Positions 1 through 8,062 are shown, counted from the stretch's first letter. The stretch is DNA of 56,841 nt from an uncultured Pirellulales bacterium (GCA_964397675.1 CAYNKI010000001.1:1-56841), one strand, 5' to 3'. Numbers and translations: made by a program. The notes: generated from the letters alone by a model not told the origin.

Positions 1-21
1 CTGCTTTTGGAGCTTTGCCAT

Positions 22-49
22 CCCCAAGCTGCGCTTGAGGCTGCCACCC
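22..49. repeat. family 3 repeat (…AAGCTGCGCTTGAGGCTGCCACCC)
   Basis: Near-identical to 31794-31821 and related to 47334-47360. Confidence 0.7.
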
Positions 50-107
50 AGGATTAAACCATGCCAAAAAAACACACCCGTGTGTATAGAATCCTGACAT
101 TCCGCCA

Positions 108-125
108 TCCCGATGTACATCGGGA
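108..125. repeat. PAL-A TCCCGATGTACATCGGGA
   Basis: Perfect. Intergenic, 83 nt upstream of the flgB sigma54 promoter. Confidence 0.95.
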
Positions 126-208
126 CAATAGGTGATTATCCTGGTCTAAGGCTATTTCTCGAATCAATTAATCGGTTAATAGGCTGAAAGTAACCAGCTT
201 CGATGATC

Positions 209-223
209 TGGCACGATTATTGC
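209..223 (+). promoter_or_regulatory. sigma54 (-24/-12) promoter of the flgB operon
   Basis: TGGCACgattaTTGC matches TGGCAC-N5-TTGC exactly. It lies 33 nt upstream of the preferred flgB start. Confidence 0.8.
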
Positions 224-255
224 TTACGTTCTTAAAGAATCAGGAGAAAACAGAA

Positions 256-630
256 GTGCCTAAGACAAGCAACATAGTAGATTTGCTCGAGGCTGGGATA
301 AAAGCAGAAGGCCTTCGCCAAAAGGCTATCGCCAGTAATATCGCTAACCTCGAAACCCCCGGATACCGCAGAATTGATGTCAGGTTCGAAGAGTTACTGG
401 CAAAGGCCCTGGGCTCATCCGGGGCGGTTGATCCCGAAGTGCTTCGGGATAAAATTGAGCCACTGCTTCATAAGCCAAAACAGACACCAGTAAAGTCAAA
501 TGGTAATGATGTAAACCTGGAGACTGAGGTGGGAGAAATGGTTAAAAATACCCTTCGGCACACGGCATACATTCGGCTGCTCAACAAAAAGTACAGTCAA
601 ATTGTATCGGCTATAAACACAAAAACGTAA
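256..630 (+). CDS. flgB: flagellar basal-body rod protein FlgB
   Basis: ORF 220..630 with rod-family motif SNIANLETPGYRR. I moved the start to the in-frame GTG at 256 (AGGAG at 242-246) because TTG 220 lies inside the sigma54 promoter. Carries PAL-B at 432-449, read as PEVLRD. Confidence 0.9.
   Translation: MPKTSNIVDLLEAGIKAEGLRQKAIASNIANLETPGYRRIDVRFEELLAKALGSSGAVDPEVLRDKIEPLLHKPKQTPVKSNGNDVNLETEVGEMVKNTLRHTAYIRLLNKKYSQIVSAINTKT
432..449. repeat. PAL-B, centre GTGC
   Basis: TCCCGAAGTGCTTCGGGA in flgB (PEVLRD). Confidence 0.9.
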
Positions 631-655
631 CTTTGTTAGTGAGTGAGCGAAATAG

Positions 656-1060
656 ATGGATGTAAATGATATCTTCGGCCCCATAGATATAGCGGTCTCG
701 GGTCTGCGGGCTCAGGGCAAGAATATGGAAGTGATCTCGTCGAATGTTGCCAATGCCCGCACCACCGATGCTGGCAAGGGCGAACCCTACCGCAGACTCG
801 AGGCCGTCCTCGAAGCAGACGATGATGGCATAAGCAGTGTTACCGTGGAAGATATTGTGAAAGATATGGGAGATTTCCAGAGGTTATTTGACCCTGGTAA
901 TCCTATGGCGGACGAACAGGGATATGTGGTAATGCCCAATGTAAATTTGCCCATTGAGATGATGAACCTGGCTGTCGCCTCTCGTGCGTATCAGGCCAAT
1001 GCAGCAATTCTTAAACGTTATCAGCAAATGGTGGAAACCACGCTCGAATTACTACGATAA
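656..1060 (+). CDS. flgC: flagellar basal-body rod protein FlgC
   Basis: SNVANARTT N-terminal motif and a C-terminal rod-family block (RAYQANAAILK). Position after flgB. Confidence 0.9.
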   Translation: MDVNDIFGPIDIAVSGLRAQGKNMEVISSNVANARTTDAGKGEPYRRLEAVLEADDDGISSVTVEDIVKDMGDFQRLFDPGNPMADEQGYVVMPNVNLPIEMMNLAVASRAYQANAAILKRYQQMVETTLELLR

Positions 1061-1069
1061 GAAAGGGAC

Positions 1070-1405
1070 ATGATGGTCAACTTAAACGCCAATGTAAATT
1101 CAGTCCCGAAGTACTTCGGGACTAATAAACCGCTGCCACAAGCGAATAATCCCGAAGTACTTCGAGACACCGAAAAGACAGATTTCACTAAAACTGTTGA
1201 AGCTGTCGGGAAATACATATCCAAGGTTGATAACCTTCAGCAATCATCAGATATGTCAATTGCGGATTTATTGGCCGGCAAAAATGTGGATATTACGTCT
1301 GTAGTTTCATCGGTAGCTAAAGCTGATATGAGCTTCAAACTTCTTGTAGGTGTTAGAAATAAGCTAATTGAAGCCTATAAACAAACAATGAATATGCCAT
1401 TATAA
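1070..1405 (+). CDS. fliE: flagellar hook-basal body complex protein FliE
   Basis: 111 aa between flgC and fliF. C-terminus VRNKLIEAYKQTMNM is FliE-like. Carries two PAL-B copies (PKYFGT, PEVLRD). Confidence 0.8.
   Translation: MMVNLNANVNSVPKYFGTNKPLPQANNPEVLRDTEKTDFTKTVEAVGKYISKVDNLQQSSDMSIADLLAGKNVDITSVVSSVAKADMSFKLLVGVRNKLIEAYKQTMNMPL
1104..1121. repeat. PAL-B TCCCGAAGTACTTCGGGA
   Basis: Perfect, in fliE (PKYFGT). Confidence 0.95.
1150..1167. repeat. PAL-B, 1 mismatch
   Basis: TCCCGAAGTACTTCGAGA in fliE (PEVLRD). Confidence 0.8.
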
Positions 1406-1410
1406 GTTCT

Positions 1411-1476
1411 GAGTTCATTGTTCATTGTTGATCGATGAACTACGAACTACGAACTATGAACTCATAACTATGAACT
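1411..1476. repeat. heptad hairpin (GTTCATT / GAACTAC units around ATCGAT)
   Basis: fliE|fliF junction. GAGTTCATTGTTCATTGTTGATCGATGAACTACGAACTACGAACTATGAAC... Confidence 0.85.
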
Positions 1477-2987
1477 TCTTTCAGAAGATAATTTTAATTT
1501 GGCAAAAGGTAAACTTGGTTCAACGAGCTTTACTGACTGCCGTTATTCTGACATTAATTATTACCGGCGTGCTTCTTGTTCACTGGGCACGCAAGCCTGA
1601 TATGAGAATGCTGTATCAGAGTTTGTCCCCAGAAGAAGCGGCTAAAATTACAGACAAAATCAGTGAAAAAGACATCCTTTATAAATTGCGAGACGGAGGG
1701 ACAACCATCTATGTCCCAAAGGAGCAAGTTTATCAGCTTCGTTTGGATATGGCAAAAGAGGGGCTTCCTCAAGGCCAGCAGAGTGGTTACAGGATATTTG
1801 ATGATGAAAAAATAGGGGTTAGTCCTTTTGTTCAAAATGTGAATCTCAAGCGGGCGCTGCAAGACGAACTTGCCAAGAGCATCCAAATGATAGACGGCGT
1901 AGAATATGCACGGATACATATTGTTAGTCCTGAGCAGACAATATTTACTTCTGAGGCTGGTCAAACTACTGCTTCTGTGGTCCTTCGGCTAAGACCTGGT
2001 TATAGCTTAAGTGCTTTGAATATAGCAGCAATCACCCATCTGGTAGCCGGCAGTGTTGAGGGACTGAAGTCAGAAAATGTAACCGTAATAAATAGTCAAG
2101 GCCATCTTCTTTCCAGTGACTCGGACCAGACTATAGCTAATGGAGCAGGCACTTTCGCCGATTACAAAGAGAGGGTAGAGCAGAATTTGGCCAAGAAAGT
2201 GGAGGATATGCTCAATTCTGTTTTAGGGCCCGGCCGGGCAGCAGTGAGGGTCAGTGCCGTTATTGATATGAACAGCGTCAATACCGTCACAGAAACTTAT
2301 GACCCAACTGCAAAAGTGGCTACAAAAGAAGAGATTACAACTACATCTGAAATTGAGCAGTCCCGAAGTGCATCGGGACAAGGTGGAACAGCCACCCCTG
2401 GTAATACAAAAAAAGATGAAATAATTATGACCGAGTATGAGGTCGGCAAGACTATCAAGCAGGAAGTTATTTTGCCAGGCGAGATAAAATCTCTGTCGGT
2501 AGCGGCCGTTGTTGACTTATCGCCCGCTGATGTGAATGAAGCAGAGACTGGCGGACAGACTACAAAGATAATGGAACCTAATGATGTGGAAAGACTTATT
2601 GAAAATGCGCTTGGTCTGGATCTTACAGGGGCAGACTCGCTTAAAGTGGTTAACGTCAAGTTTTATCATCCAGTCGAATCGCTGCTGTACGAAGAGCTAT
2701 CCGCTGGGCTCGACTATATAGCAATAGCTCGTCATCTTTCCCTGGGAATTATGGCGATTTGCGCTCTGCTTGTCCTTCGGATATTCAGAGGTGCCAAGAA
2801 AAAGGCTGCCTCGGCATCTGGGCCTGAGCAGTTACCGGAAGCTCAGGGTGCCATTGGGCTTCTCCCAGCCGGAGAGCATGCCGATTCATCGGGATTAGTG
2901 TTGCGTAAACAGATAGCCAGTGCCTTACAGAACAATCCCGAACAGGTTAGGCAATTGTTTTCAAGTTGGATCGAAGAAAAGGAGTAA
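1470..2987 (+). CDS. fliF: flagellar MS-ring protein FliF
   Basis: ORF 1425..2987 with N- and C-terminal TM segments and a YscJ/FliF-type periplasmic domain (TIYVPKEQVYQLRLDMAKEGLP). ATG 1470 is preferred because 1425-1469 is heptad-repeat DNA. A hybrid PAL at 2361 reads RSASG. Confidence 0.9.
   Translation: MNFFQKIILIWQKVNLVQRALLTAVILTLIITGVLLVHWARKPDMRMLYQSLSPEEAAKITDKISEKDILYKLRDGGTTIYVPKEQVYQLRLDMAKEGLPQGQQSGYRIFDDEKIGVSPFVQNVNLKRALQDELAKSIQMIDGVEYARIHIVSPEQTIFTSEAGQTTASVVLRLRPGYSLSALNIAAITHLVAGSVEGLKSENVTVINSQGHLLSSDSDQTIANGAGTFADYKERVEQNLAKKVEDMLNSVLGPGRAAVRVSAVIDMNSVNTVTETYDPTAKVATKEEITTTSEIEQSRSASGQGGTATPGNTKKDEIIMTEYEVGKTIKQEVILPGEIKSLSVAAVVDLSPADVNEAETGGQTTKIMEPNDVERLIENALGLDLTGADSLKVVNVKFYHPVESLLYEELSAGLDYIAIARHLSLGIMAICALLVLRIFRGAKKKAASASGPEQLPEAQGAIGLLPAGEHADSSGLVLRKQIASALQNNPEQVRQLFSSWIEEKE
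2361..2378. repeat. PAL A/B hybrid
   Basis: TCCCGAAGTGCATCGGGA in fliF (RSASG). Confidence 0.8.
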
Positions 2988-2991
2988 ATAG

Positions 2992-3993
2992 ATGACTTTA
3001 ACGGGTAAGCAAAAAGCCGCCATGTTATTAATGAGTCTCGATATTACAACTGCTACTGAGCTGCTAAAAGGTCTTGACCCAAAGATGGTTCAGGACTTGG
3101 CAGTGGAATTGAGTTATCTGGATGCCGCAGGCCATCACAGCAGTACGCAAAATGTAGAAATCGCCCGACAGTTTTTCAATTCGATACAACATGGCCCTAC
3201 ATTTCACCTTAAAAGTTTCCTAAGGGAAATGCTAAAGAACACAGTTGGTGACGAAAAAGCAGTAGCAATACAGACGCAAATCCAGGATTTGCTAAAGCAG
3301 CGTGATCCATTTATTTCTATTCGTTCGGCAGCTCCGCAAACGTTGGCATCGGTTTTAGAGAACGAACACCCTCAGGCAGTGGCTGTCGTCCTATCAGAAA
3401 TGACTGCAAAGACAAGCTCCGAGATTCTTAGCCTTTTAGGTGAAGGTATAAGGCTTAGTGCCATCAGCAGAATGACCCAGATTGAAACTGTCACTGTCGA
3501 AGCAAAGTCACGAATAGCAGAGACGATTAGCAAAAGTCTTGACGCCTTGACTACCAGCCGTAAAGGCGCCGGCCCGCAGATTCGTCCAGAGCAGTCTCTA
3601 AGGAAGGTAGCCGTGATTTTGCGAAACTTAGGCAAAGAGCTTAGAGATGGTCTGCTTGGAGCAATTCAGGAAAAAGATAATCAAATAAGCCAGCAGGTGA
3701 CAAACTTAATGATAGTATGGGAAGACATCCCACAGGTAGTAGACAGGCCAATGCAAGAAGCCTTGCGAGGCATTGATGAACGCACTTTAGCATTAGCACT
3801 AAATAAGGCTGACGAATCGATTAGCCGGAAAATAAAGTCCAATATCTCTGAGAGAGCTGCTGCTATGGTGGATGAAGAAGCATCGCTTATGTCAGCCCCA
3901 AAAAAGGATGATGTTAATCAAGCCAGAGAAAAAATTATCAGTGTTTTGCGTGAAATGAATAACAAAGGCGAACTTACATTTATCGAAGAATAG
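2992..3993 (+). CDS. fliG: flagellar motor switch protein FliG
   Basis: 333 aa. C-terminal torque-helix region (WEDIPQVVDRPMQEALRGIDERTLALAL). Synteny fliF-fliG-fliH. Confidence 0.9.
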   Translation: MTLTGKQKAAMLLMSLDITTATELLKGLDPKMVQDLAVELSYLDAAGHHSSTQNVEIARQFFNSIQHGPTFHLKSFLREMLKNTVGDEKAVAIQTQIQDLLKQRDPFISIRSAAPQTLASVLENEHPQAVAVVLSEMTAKTSSEILSLLGEGIRLSAISRMTQIETVTVEAKSRIAETISKSLDALTTSRKGAGPQIRPEQSLRKVAVILRNLGKELRDGLLGAIQEKDNQISQQVTNLMIVWEDIPQVVDRPMQEALRGIDERTLALALNKADESISRKIKSNISERAAAMVDEEASLMSAPKKDDVNQAREKIISVLREMNNKGELTFIEE

Positions 3994-4005
3994 AAGAATA
4001 ACAGA

Positions 4006-4563
4006 ATGGCTGATCCACTTACAATAAATCTTACCAAGCCGATAAAATCAGCAAAAATCCTGGACGACTACAATCCCGATGTACATCGGGACTCGGGACT
4101 CGATACTCGTCAACAATCGAGAAAGGAGGCGGAGATTGTGCAGCTTTGCCAGACACTCAACTGCCTGCTGGGTGAAGTTAATCGGTTTTATGACGAGGCA
4201 TTGGCCAAGAACAAAGACGAAATTGCCAAGCTTTCAGTGGAAATCGCAAACAAAATATTGATGCAAAAAGTACAAAAGGGAGACTACCAAATCGAATCGA
4301 TTGTCAAAGAAGCCCTTCAAAAGGCTCCCACGCGTCAGGATGTGGTGGTGCACTTGAATCCAGAGGACCTGTCTCAATGCCAATCCCGATGTACATCGGG
4401 ACAGCAGGACGACCCCGGTAGCGCCCTTGCCAGTATCAAGTTTGTTGCAGACCAAAGTGTTGGACGGGCAGAATGCCTGCTTGAGACACCAAAGGGAATA
4501 ATCAAATCGTTCATCGATGAACACATGGAACGAATTAGTGAAGCTCTTAAGAAGGTGGAATAG
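4006..4563 (+). CDS. fliH: flagellar assembly protein FliH
   Basis: 185 aa between fliG and fliI with a FliH-like C-terminal block. Two PAL-A copies (PDVHRD, RCTSG). Confidence 0.75.
   Translation: MADPLTINLTKPIKSAKILDDYNPDVHRDSGLDTRQQSRKEAEIVQLCQTLNCLLGEVNRFYDEALAKNKDEIAKLSVEIANKILMQKVQKGDYQIESIVKEALQKAPTRQDVVVHLNPEDLSQCQSRCTSGQQDDPGSALASIKFVADQSVGRAECLLETPKGIIKSFIDEHMERISEALKKVE
4074..4091. repeat. PAL-A
   Basis: Perfect, in fliH (PDVHRD). Confidence 0.95.
4384..4401. repeat. PAL-A
   Basis: Perfect, in fliH (RCTSG). Confidence 0.95.
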
Positions 4564-4566
4564 TTT

Positions 4567-5928
4567 ATGCTAAGCAGTGAAACACGTGACTATTTGATTG
4601 ACTTCGATAAACTTCGCTTAGCTTTAGACAAAGTGAATCTGTTGGACTGTCAGGGTTATGTAGTGCGAGTGTCAGGCTCAACAGTTGAATCGGCCGGTCC
4701 TGTTGTGGGCTTAGGCGAGCTTTGCGGAATCCATATTCGTGACGGCCGACGTGCGTTAGCTGAGGTGGTGGGCTTCCGCAACGACCATCTTATTTTACTA
4801 CCATTAGAGCATATAGAGGGTATATCGCCGGGCGATACGGTAACTGCCCGAACCACTCCACGTTCTATTATTTTAAGCGAGGCCGTTTTAGGAAGAGTAC
4901 TAAACGGATTGGCGGAGCCTATCGACAATAAAGGACCTTTAGTAGGTACGGAGAAGAGATCATTAGATGTAAGCAGTCCACCACCGTTGAGTCGAAAAAA
5001 AATCACCGAGCCTTTAGCTTTAGGAATTAGGTCGATAGACGGAGTATTGACCTGTGGTAAAGGCCAGCGATTAGGCATTTTCTCGGGCAGTGGTGTGGGC
5101 AAGAGTGTGCTTCTTGGAGATATTGCCAATTCAAGTGATGCAGCCGTCAACGTTGTAGCATTGATAGGAGAGCGTGGCCGAGAAGTTCGCGAATTTCTCG
5201 AAGAAGACCTTGGGCCGGAGGGTTTAGCCCACAGTGTGGTTGTGGTCGCTACGTCGGATTCACCTCCTGTTCAGCGAGTAAAGGCAGCGTTCGTAGCGGT
5301 AACAATTGCTGAATACTTCAGGGACAAGGCAAAGAATGTCTTGTTTATGATGGATTCACTTACGCGTTTCGCTCAGGCTCAGCGCGAGATAGGTCTTGCC
5401 GCAGGTGAGCCACCGGCCACCAAGAGTTACTGTCCGAGTGTTTTTTCGCTGATGCCAAGACTAATAGAACGGCTCGGATGTGCTGAAAATGGCAGCATTA
5501 CCAGCATCCTTACAGTACTGGTGGAGAACGATGATTTAGCTGACCCAGTGGCGGATAGTGCCAGGAGCTTGTTAGATGGGCACATAGTGCTGTCAAGAAA
5601 ATTGGCCGATAGAGGCCGTTATCCTGCCGTGGATATTTTGCAAAGTGTCAGCCGATTGATGCCCGCAGTAGTCAGCCAGGAGCACAAAGCTGCCGCTGTC
5701 AAGCTCAAGGAAATATACGCAACCTATACTGATGCTGAAGATTTAATAAATATCGGTGCCTTTTCGCCAGGCAGCAATCGGCGTATCGATGGGGCAATTA
5801 CTTTGATTGACAAGGTAAGTGACTTTCTTGTTCAGCCTATTCGTCAACGAACGAGTTTTGAGGAAACTGTGAATCGGCTGAATGATATTACCCGCTCGTG
5901 GGATAAATTATTAGGTATTCAAAGTTGA
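4567..5928 (+). CDS. fliI: flagellum-specific ATPase FliI
   Basis: Walker A GSGVGKS and Walker B-type LFMMDSLTR. T3SS/F1 ATPase family length. Confidence 0.95.
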   Translation: MLSSETRDYLIDFDKLRLALDKVNLLDCQGYVVRVSGSTVESAGPVVGLGELCGIHIRDGRRALAEVVGFRNDHLILLPLEHIEGISPGDTVTARTTPRSIILSEAVLGRVLNGLAEPIDNKGPLVGTEKRSLDVSSPPPLSRKKITEPLALGIRSIDGVLTCGKGQRLGIFSGSGVGKSVLLGDIANSSDAAVNVVALIGERGREVREFLEEDLGPEGLAHSVVVVATSDSPPVQRVKAAFVAVTIAEYFRDKAKNVLFMMDSLTRFAQAQREIGLAAGEPPATKSYCPSVFSLMPRLIERLGCAENGSITSILTVLVENDDLADPVADSARSLLDGHIVLSRKLADRGRYPAVDILQSVSRLMPAVVSQEHKAAAVKLKEIYATYTDAEDLINIGAFSPGSNRRIDGAITLIDKVSDFLVQPIRQRTSFEETVNRLNDITRSWDKLLGIQS

Positions 5929-5941
5929 GTGTCAGAATTAA

Positions 5942-6397
5942 ATGAAACGATTTAAGTGGAGGTTGCAGCGTGTTCTTGACATCAAAGCCAGGCAGGAACA
6001 GACAAAGAGGGAAGAATTATTAAAAATAACAGAAAAATTAGCTCAAACGCGAGGACAATTACTTATTCAGCAGAGGATACTTCAGAACATAGCATTGGAT
6101 ATAGCTCGAAAAAAGCCAAAGAAGCGATTAGGCGAACAAGAGTTTTTTCTAAAATATTCTGCGTCAAGTGATAAACAAATTAAGAATCTAAAAGATGGAG
6201 TAAGTGAGCTCGAAACACAACAAAGAAAGAAAATTGCTGAAGTAATAAAGGCCAGACAATTTAAGGAAGGTTTGGAAAGATTACTAGCCGAGGCCAAAAA
6301 ACGATTTATGACCGAACAAGAGAAATTAGAACAGAAAAAATTGGATGAAGGAGCCACCGTGTCATTTGCCCGGAAGAGAATAGTTCATAGTCTATGA
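5942..6397 (+). CDS. fliJ: flagellar export protein FliJ
   Basis: 151-aa coiled-coil protein immediately after fliI. N-terminal FKWRLQRVLDIK pattern is typical of FliJ. Confidence 0.75.
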   Translation: MKRFKWRLQRVLDIKARQEQTKREELLKITEKLAQTRGQLLIQQRILQNIALDIARKKPKKRLGEQEFFLKYSASSDKQIKNLKDGVSELETQQRKKIAEVIKARQFKEGLERLLAEAKKRFMTEQEKLEQKKLDEGATVSFARKRIVHSL

Positions 6398-6418
6398 ACA
6401 ATAAACTACGAACTATGA
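6383..6418. repeat. heptad hairpin, same family
   Basis: GTTCATAGTCTATGAACAATAAACTACGAACTATGAG, spanning the fliJ stop. Confidence 0.75.
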
Positions 6419-6438
6419 GCTGATTTAGGAGAAACACA

Positions 6439-7218
6439 GTGAAAAAGAAGCTCATAATAATGATTGCAGCGGCAGGCCTGATAAGCTTTGCAGGGACATT
6501 TGCCTTTGCATGGTTAACCAAGCCAGCTCCAACAAGACCACCTAATGAGCCGAATCAATCAGTCCACGTTGGGCGGACCGACCAGCAAAATGAGCTGTTA
6601 GGGCCAGAAGTCGACACCCCGAAGTACTTCGGGACCGGCGACAGCAATCCGCCGGGGCGGGCAATCCCTGCCTCCGCAGGGGTAAACTTGTCCCCGCGAA
6701 AGCGGGGAACAACTATGATGGAAAATCAGCTCAAGAATCTTATCTATGAAGTCCAGGAAAAGATGAAAGAGTATAACGATAAGCTGCAAAGTCTCCAGAC
6801 GCGGGAACAGAGGCTGCAGATGGCTCAGGAAACGTTAAAAAAAGACATCGAAAACCTCAATAATCTACGAATCGAATTGGCTTCAACTGTTGCCCGTCTC
6901 AAAAATGAGCGAGATAAGTTAGCCAAAAGCAGGGTTGAGATTGCCCAAGCTGAAAAGGTCAACTTAGTTAAAATAGCAGCCGCTTATGACAAGATGGATT
7001 CTGCCAGTGCCGGCAAAATATTGACCAATATGTGCAACAGCCAGGCCCAAAGTGCAGACTCCGCAAGTGAAGAGAAAAACATGAATGATGCAGTTAAGAT
7101 TTTGCACTATATGAGTGAAAGAACTAAGGCAAATTTGTTAGCTGAATTAGCCAATTCTCAACCGGATCTTGCAGCGGATCTGTGTGGGAAGCTGAAACAA
7201 ATAACAGAAGGAAAATAG
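6439..7218 (+). CDS. flagellar protein with MgtE-N-like domain (YlxF/FlbB-type)
   Basis: GTG start with GGAG upstream. N-terminal TM, coiled coil, and a C-terminal block (AAAYDKMDSASAGKILTNM...AVKILHYMSERTKANLLAELA) resembling the MgtE-N fold of YlxF, which follows fliJ in Bacillus. Hosts PAL-B (PKYFGT) and a GC hairpin (SPRKRG). Confidence 0.5.
   Translation: MKKKLIIMIAAAGLISFAGTFAFAWLTKPAPTRPPNEPNQSVHVGRTDQQNELLGPEVDTPKYFGTGDSNPPGRAIPASAGVNLSPRKRGTTMMENQLKNLIYEVQEKMKEYNDKLQSLQTREQRLQMAQETLKKDIENLNNLRIELASTVARLKNERDKLAKSRVEIAQAEKVNLVKIAAAYDKMDSASAGKILTNMCNSQAQSADSASEEKNMNDAVKILHYMSERTKANLLAELANSQPDLAADLCGKLKQITEGK
6617..6634. repeat. PAL-B
   Basis: CCCCGAAGTACTTCGGGA in the ylxF-like gene (PKYFGT). 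Confidence 0.9.
6691..6708. repeat. GC hairpin family 2 (CCCCGC-N4-GCGGGG)
   Basis: TCCCCGCGAAAGCGGGGA in the ylxF-like gene (SPRKRG). Confidence 0.85.
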
Positions 7219-7221
7219 CTT

Positions 7222-7992
7222 ATGGATGTTGCCACGATAGTAGGAGTGGTTCTCGGCTTTATAGTCATTACCAGCGCTATTGTCGCCGGCGGTGGCTGGC
7301 AAATGTTTATTCATATCCCCTCAATGGCGATCACCGTGGGGGGAATGCTGTGCGCTACGCTTATACATTTTTCACTGCCACAGTTTCTGGGAATATTCTC
7401 AATAATCAAAAAAACAATTGTCGCAAAAATACCATCGCAGTCGGAATTAATTCAAAATATGGTTAATTACGCAGCTATCAACAGACGTGATGGAGCGTTA
7501 GCTCTGGAACAAGAGATTCGCAATACAAATGATTTGTTTTTAGGAAAGAGTTTGCAAATGCTTGTGGATGGGAAAGAACCCACAGATATTCGGGATCTTT
7601 TGTCCCTGGAGGTCCAAAACCTCCAGGATCGTCATGCCGGAGGTAAAAAGATTCTTGAATTTATGGGAGCAGCAGCTCCTGCCTTTGGGATGATAGGGAC
7701 ACTCATTGGCCTAATCCAGATGTTAAGAAACCTGGATTCTCCTAAATCAATAGGTTCCGGAATGGCAGTAGCTTTGCTTACAACTTTTTATGGAGCATTG
7801 ACAGCTAATTTGATTTTTCTGCCATTAGCAGGTAAATTAGGAATTTATTCCAAAGCAGAGACCACCACAATGGAGATGATCATAGAGGGCATCTGTGCCA
7901 TTGCACGTGGTGAGAATCCAACCGTTGTTCGCGAAAAACTACAAGCATTTATTTCCCAGGGCAGACGGGAAGAAGTAAAGGCCACCGTGTAG
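7222..7992 (+). CDS. motA: flagellar stator protein MotA
   Basis: Four TM segments. MotA/TolQ/ExbB signature GAAAPAFGMIGTLIGLIQML. Confidence 0.9.
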   Translation: MDVATIVGVVLGFIVITSAIVAGGGWQMFIHIPSMAITVGGMLCATLIHFSLPQFLGIFSIIKKTIVAKIPSQSELIQNMVNYAAINRRDGALALEQEIRNTNDLFLGKSLQMLVDGKEPTDIRDLLSLEVQNLQDRHAGGKKILEFMGAAAPAFGMIGTLIGLIQMLRNLDSPKSIGSGMAVALLTTFYGALTANLIFLPLAGKLGIYSKAETTTMEMIIEGICAIARGENPTVVREKLQAFISQGRREEVKATV

Positions 7993-8060
7993 AATTAAAA
8001 AATAAAGGAGTCCCTAAGGGATGACTCCCTTAATTTTAAATTTTGATATTTAATTTTTAC
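7993..8060. repeat. composite A/T-heptad hairpin element (short left arm)
   Basis: motA|motB junction. Core GGAGTCCCTAAGGGATGACTCC, right arm CTTAATTTTAAATTTTGATATTTAATTTTTAC. Confidence 0.7.
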
Positions 8061-8062
8061 GC

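Noticed and set aside
2-97. An open frame from the window edge to TGA 95-97 might be the 3' end of an upstream CDS.
   Set aside because: It is too short and largely made of repeat sequence (family 3 plus the shared 17-mer), so I did not list it as a feature. It is discussed under the 17-mer finding.
496-684. Many short or antisense ORFs appear in the six-frame track, for example 496..684(-), 1554..1964(-), 2297..2659(-), 4656..5150(-), 10287..10754(-), 12101..12694(-), 15612..16943(+), 17338..22922 (various), 31839..32285(+), 34210..34560(+), 41854..42339(-), 43473..44912(-), 47543..47965(-) and 48538..48990(+).
   Set aside because: They overlap strongly supported genes on the other strand or in another frame, have no recognisable motifs, and several are kept open only by the stop-free palindromes.
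4079-4261. Several ORFs start with MYIG..., including 4079..4261(+), 11597..11788(-), 42381..42629(-) and 49632..49859(-).
   Set aside because: Their start codon is simply the ATG inside CGATGTACAT of PAL-A, and they overlap real genes.
7182-7466. A 94-aa ORF overlaps the motA start.
   Set aside because: It is out of frame with the well-supported motA and ylxF-like genes and has no motif.
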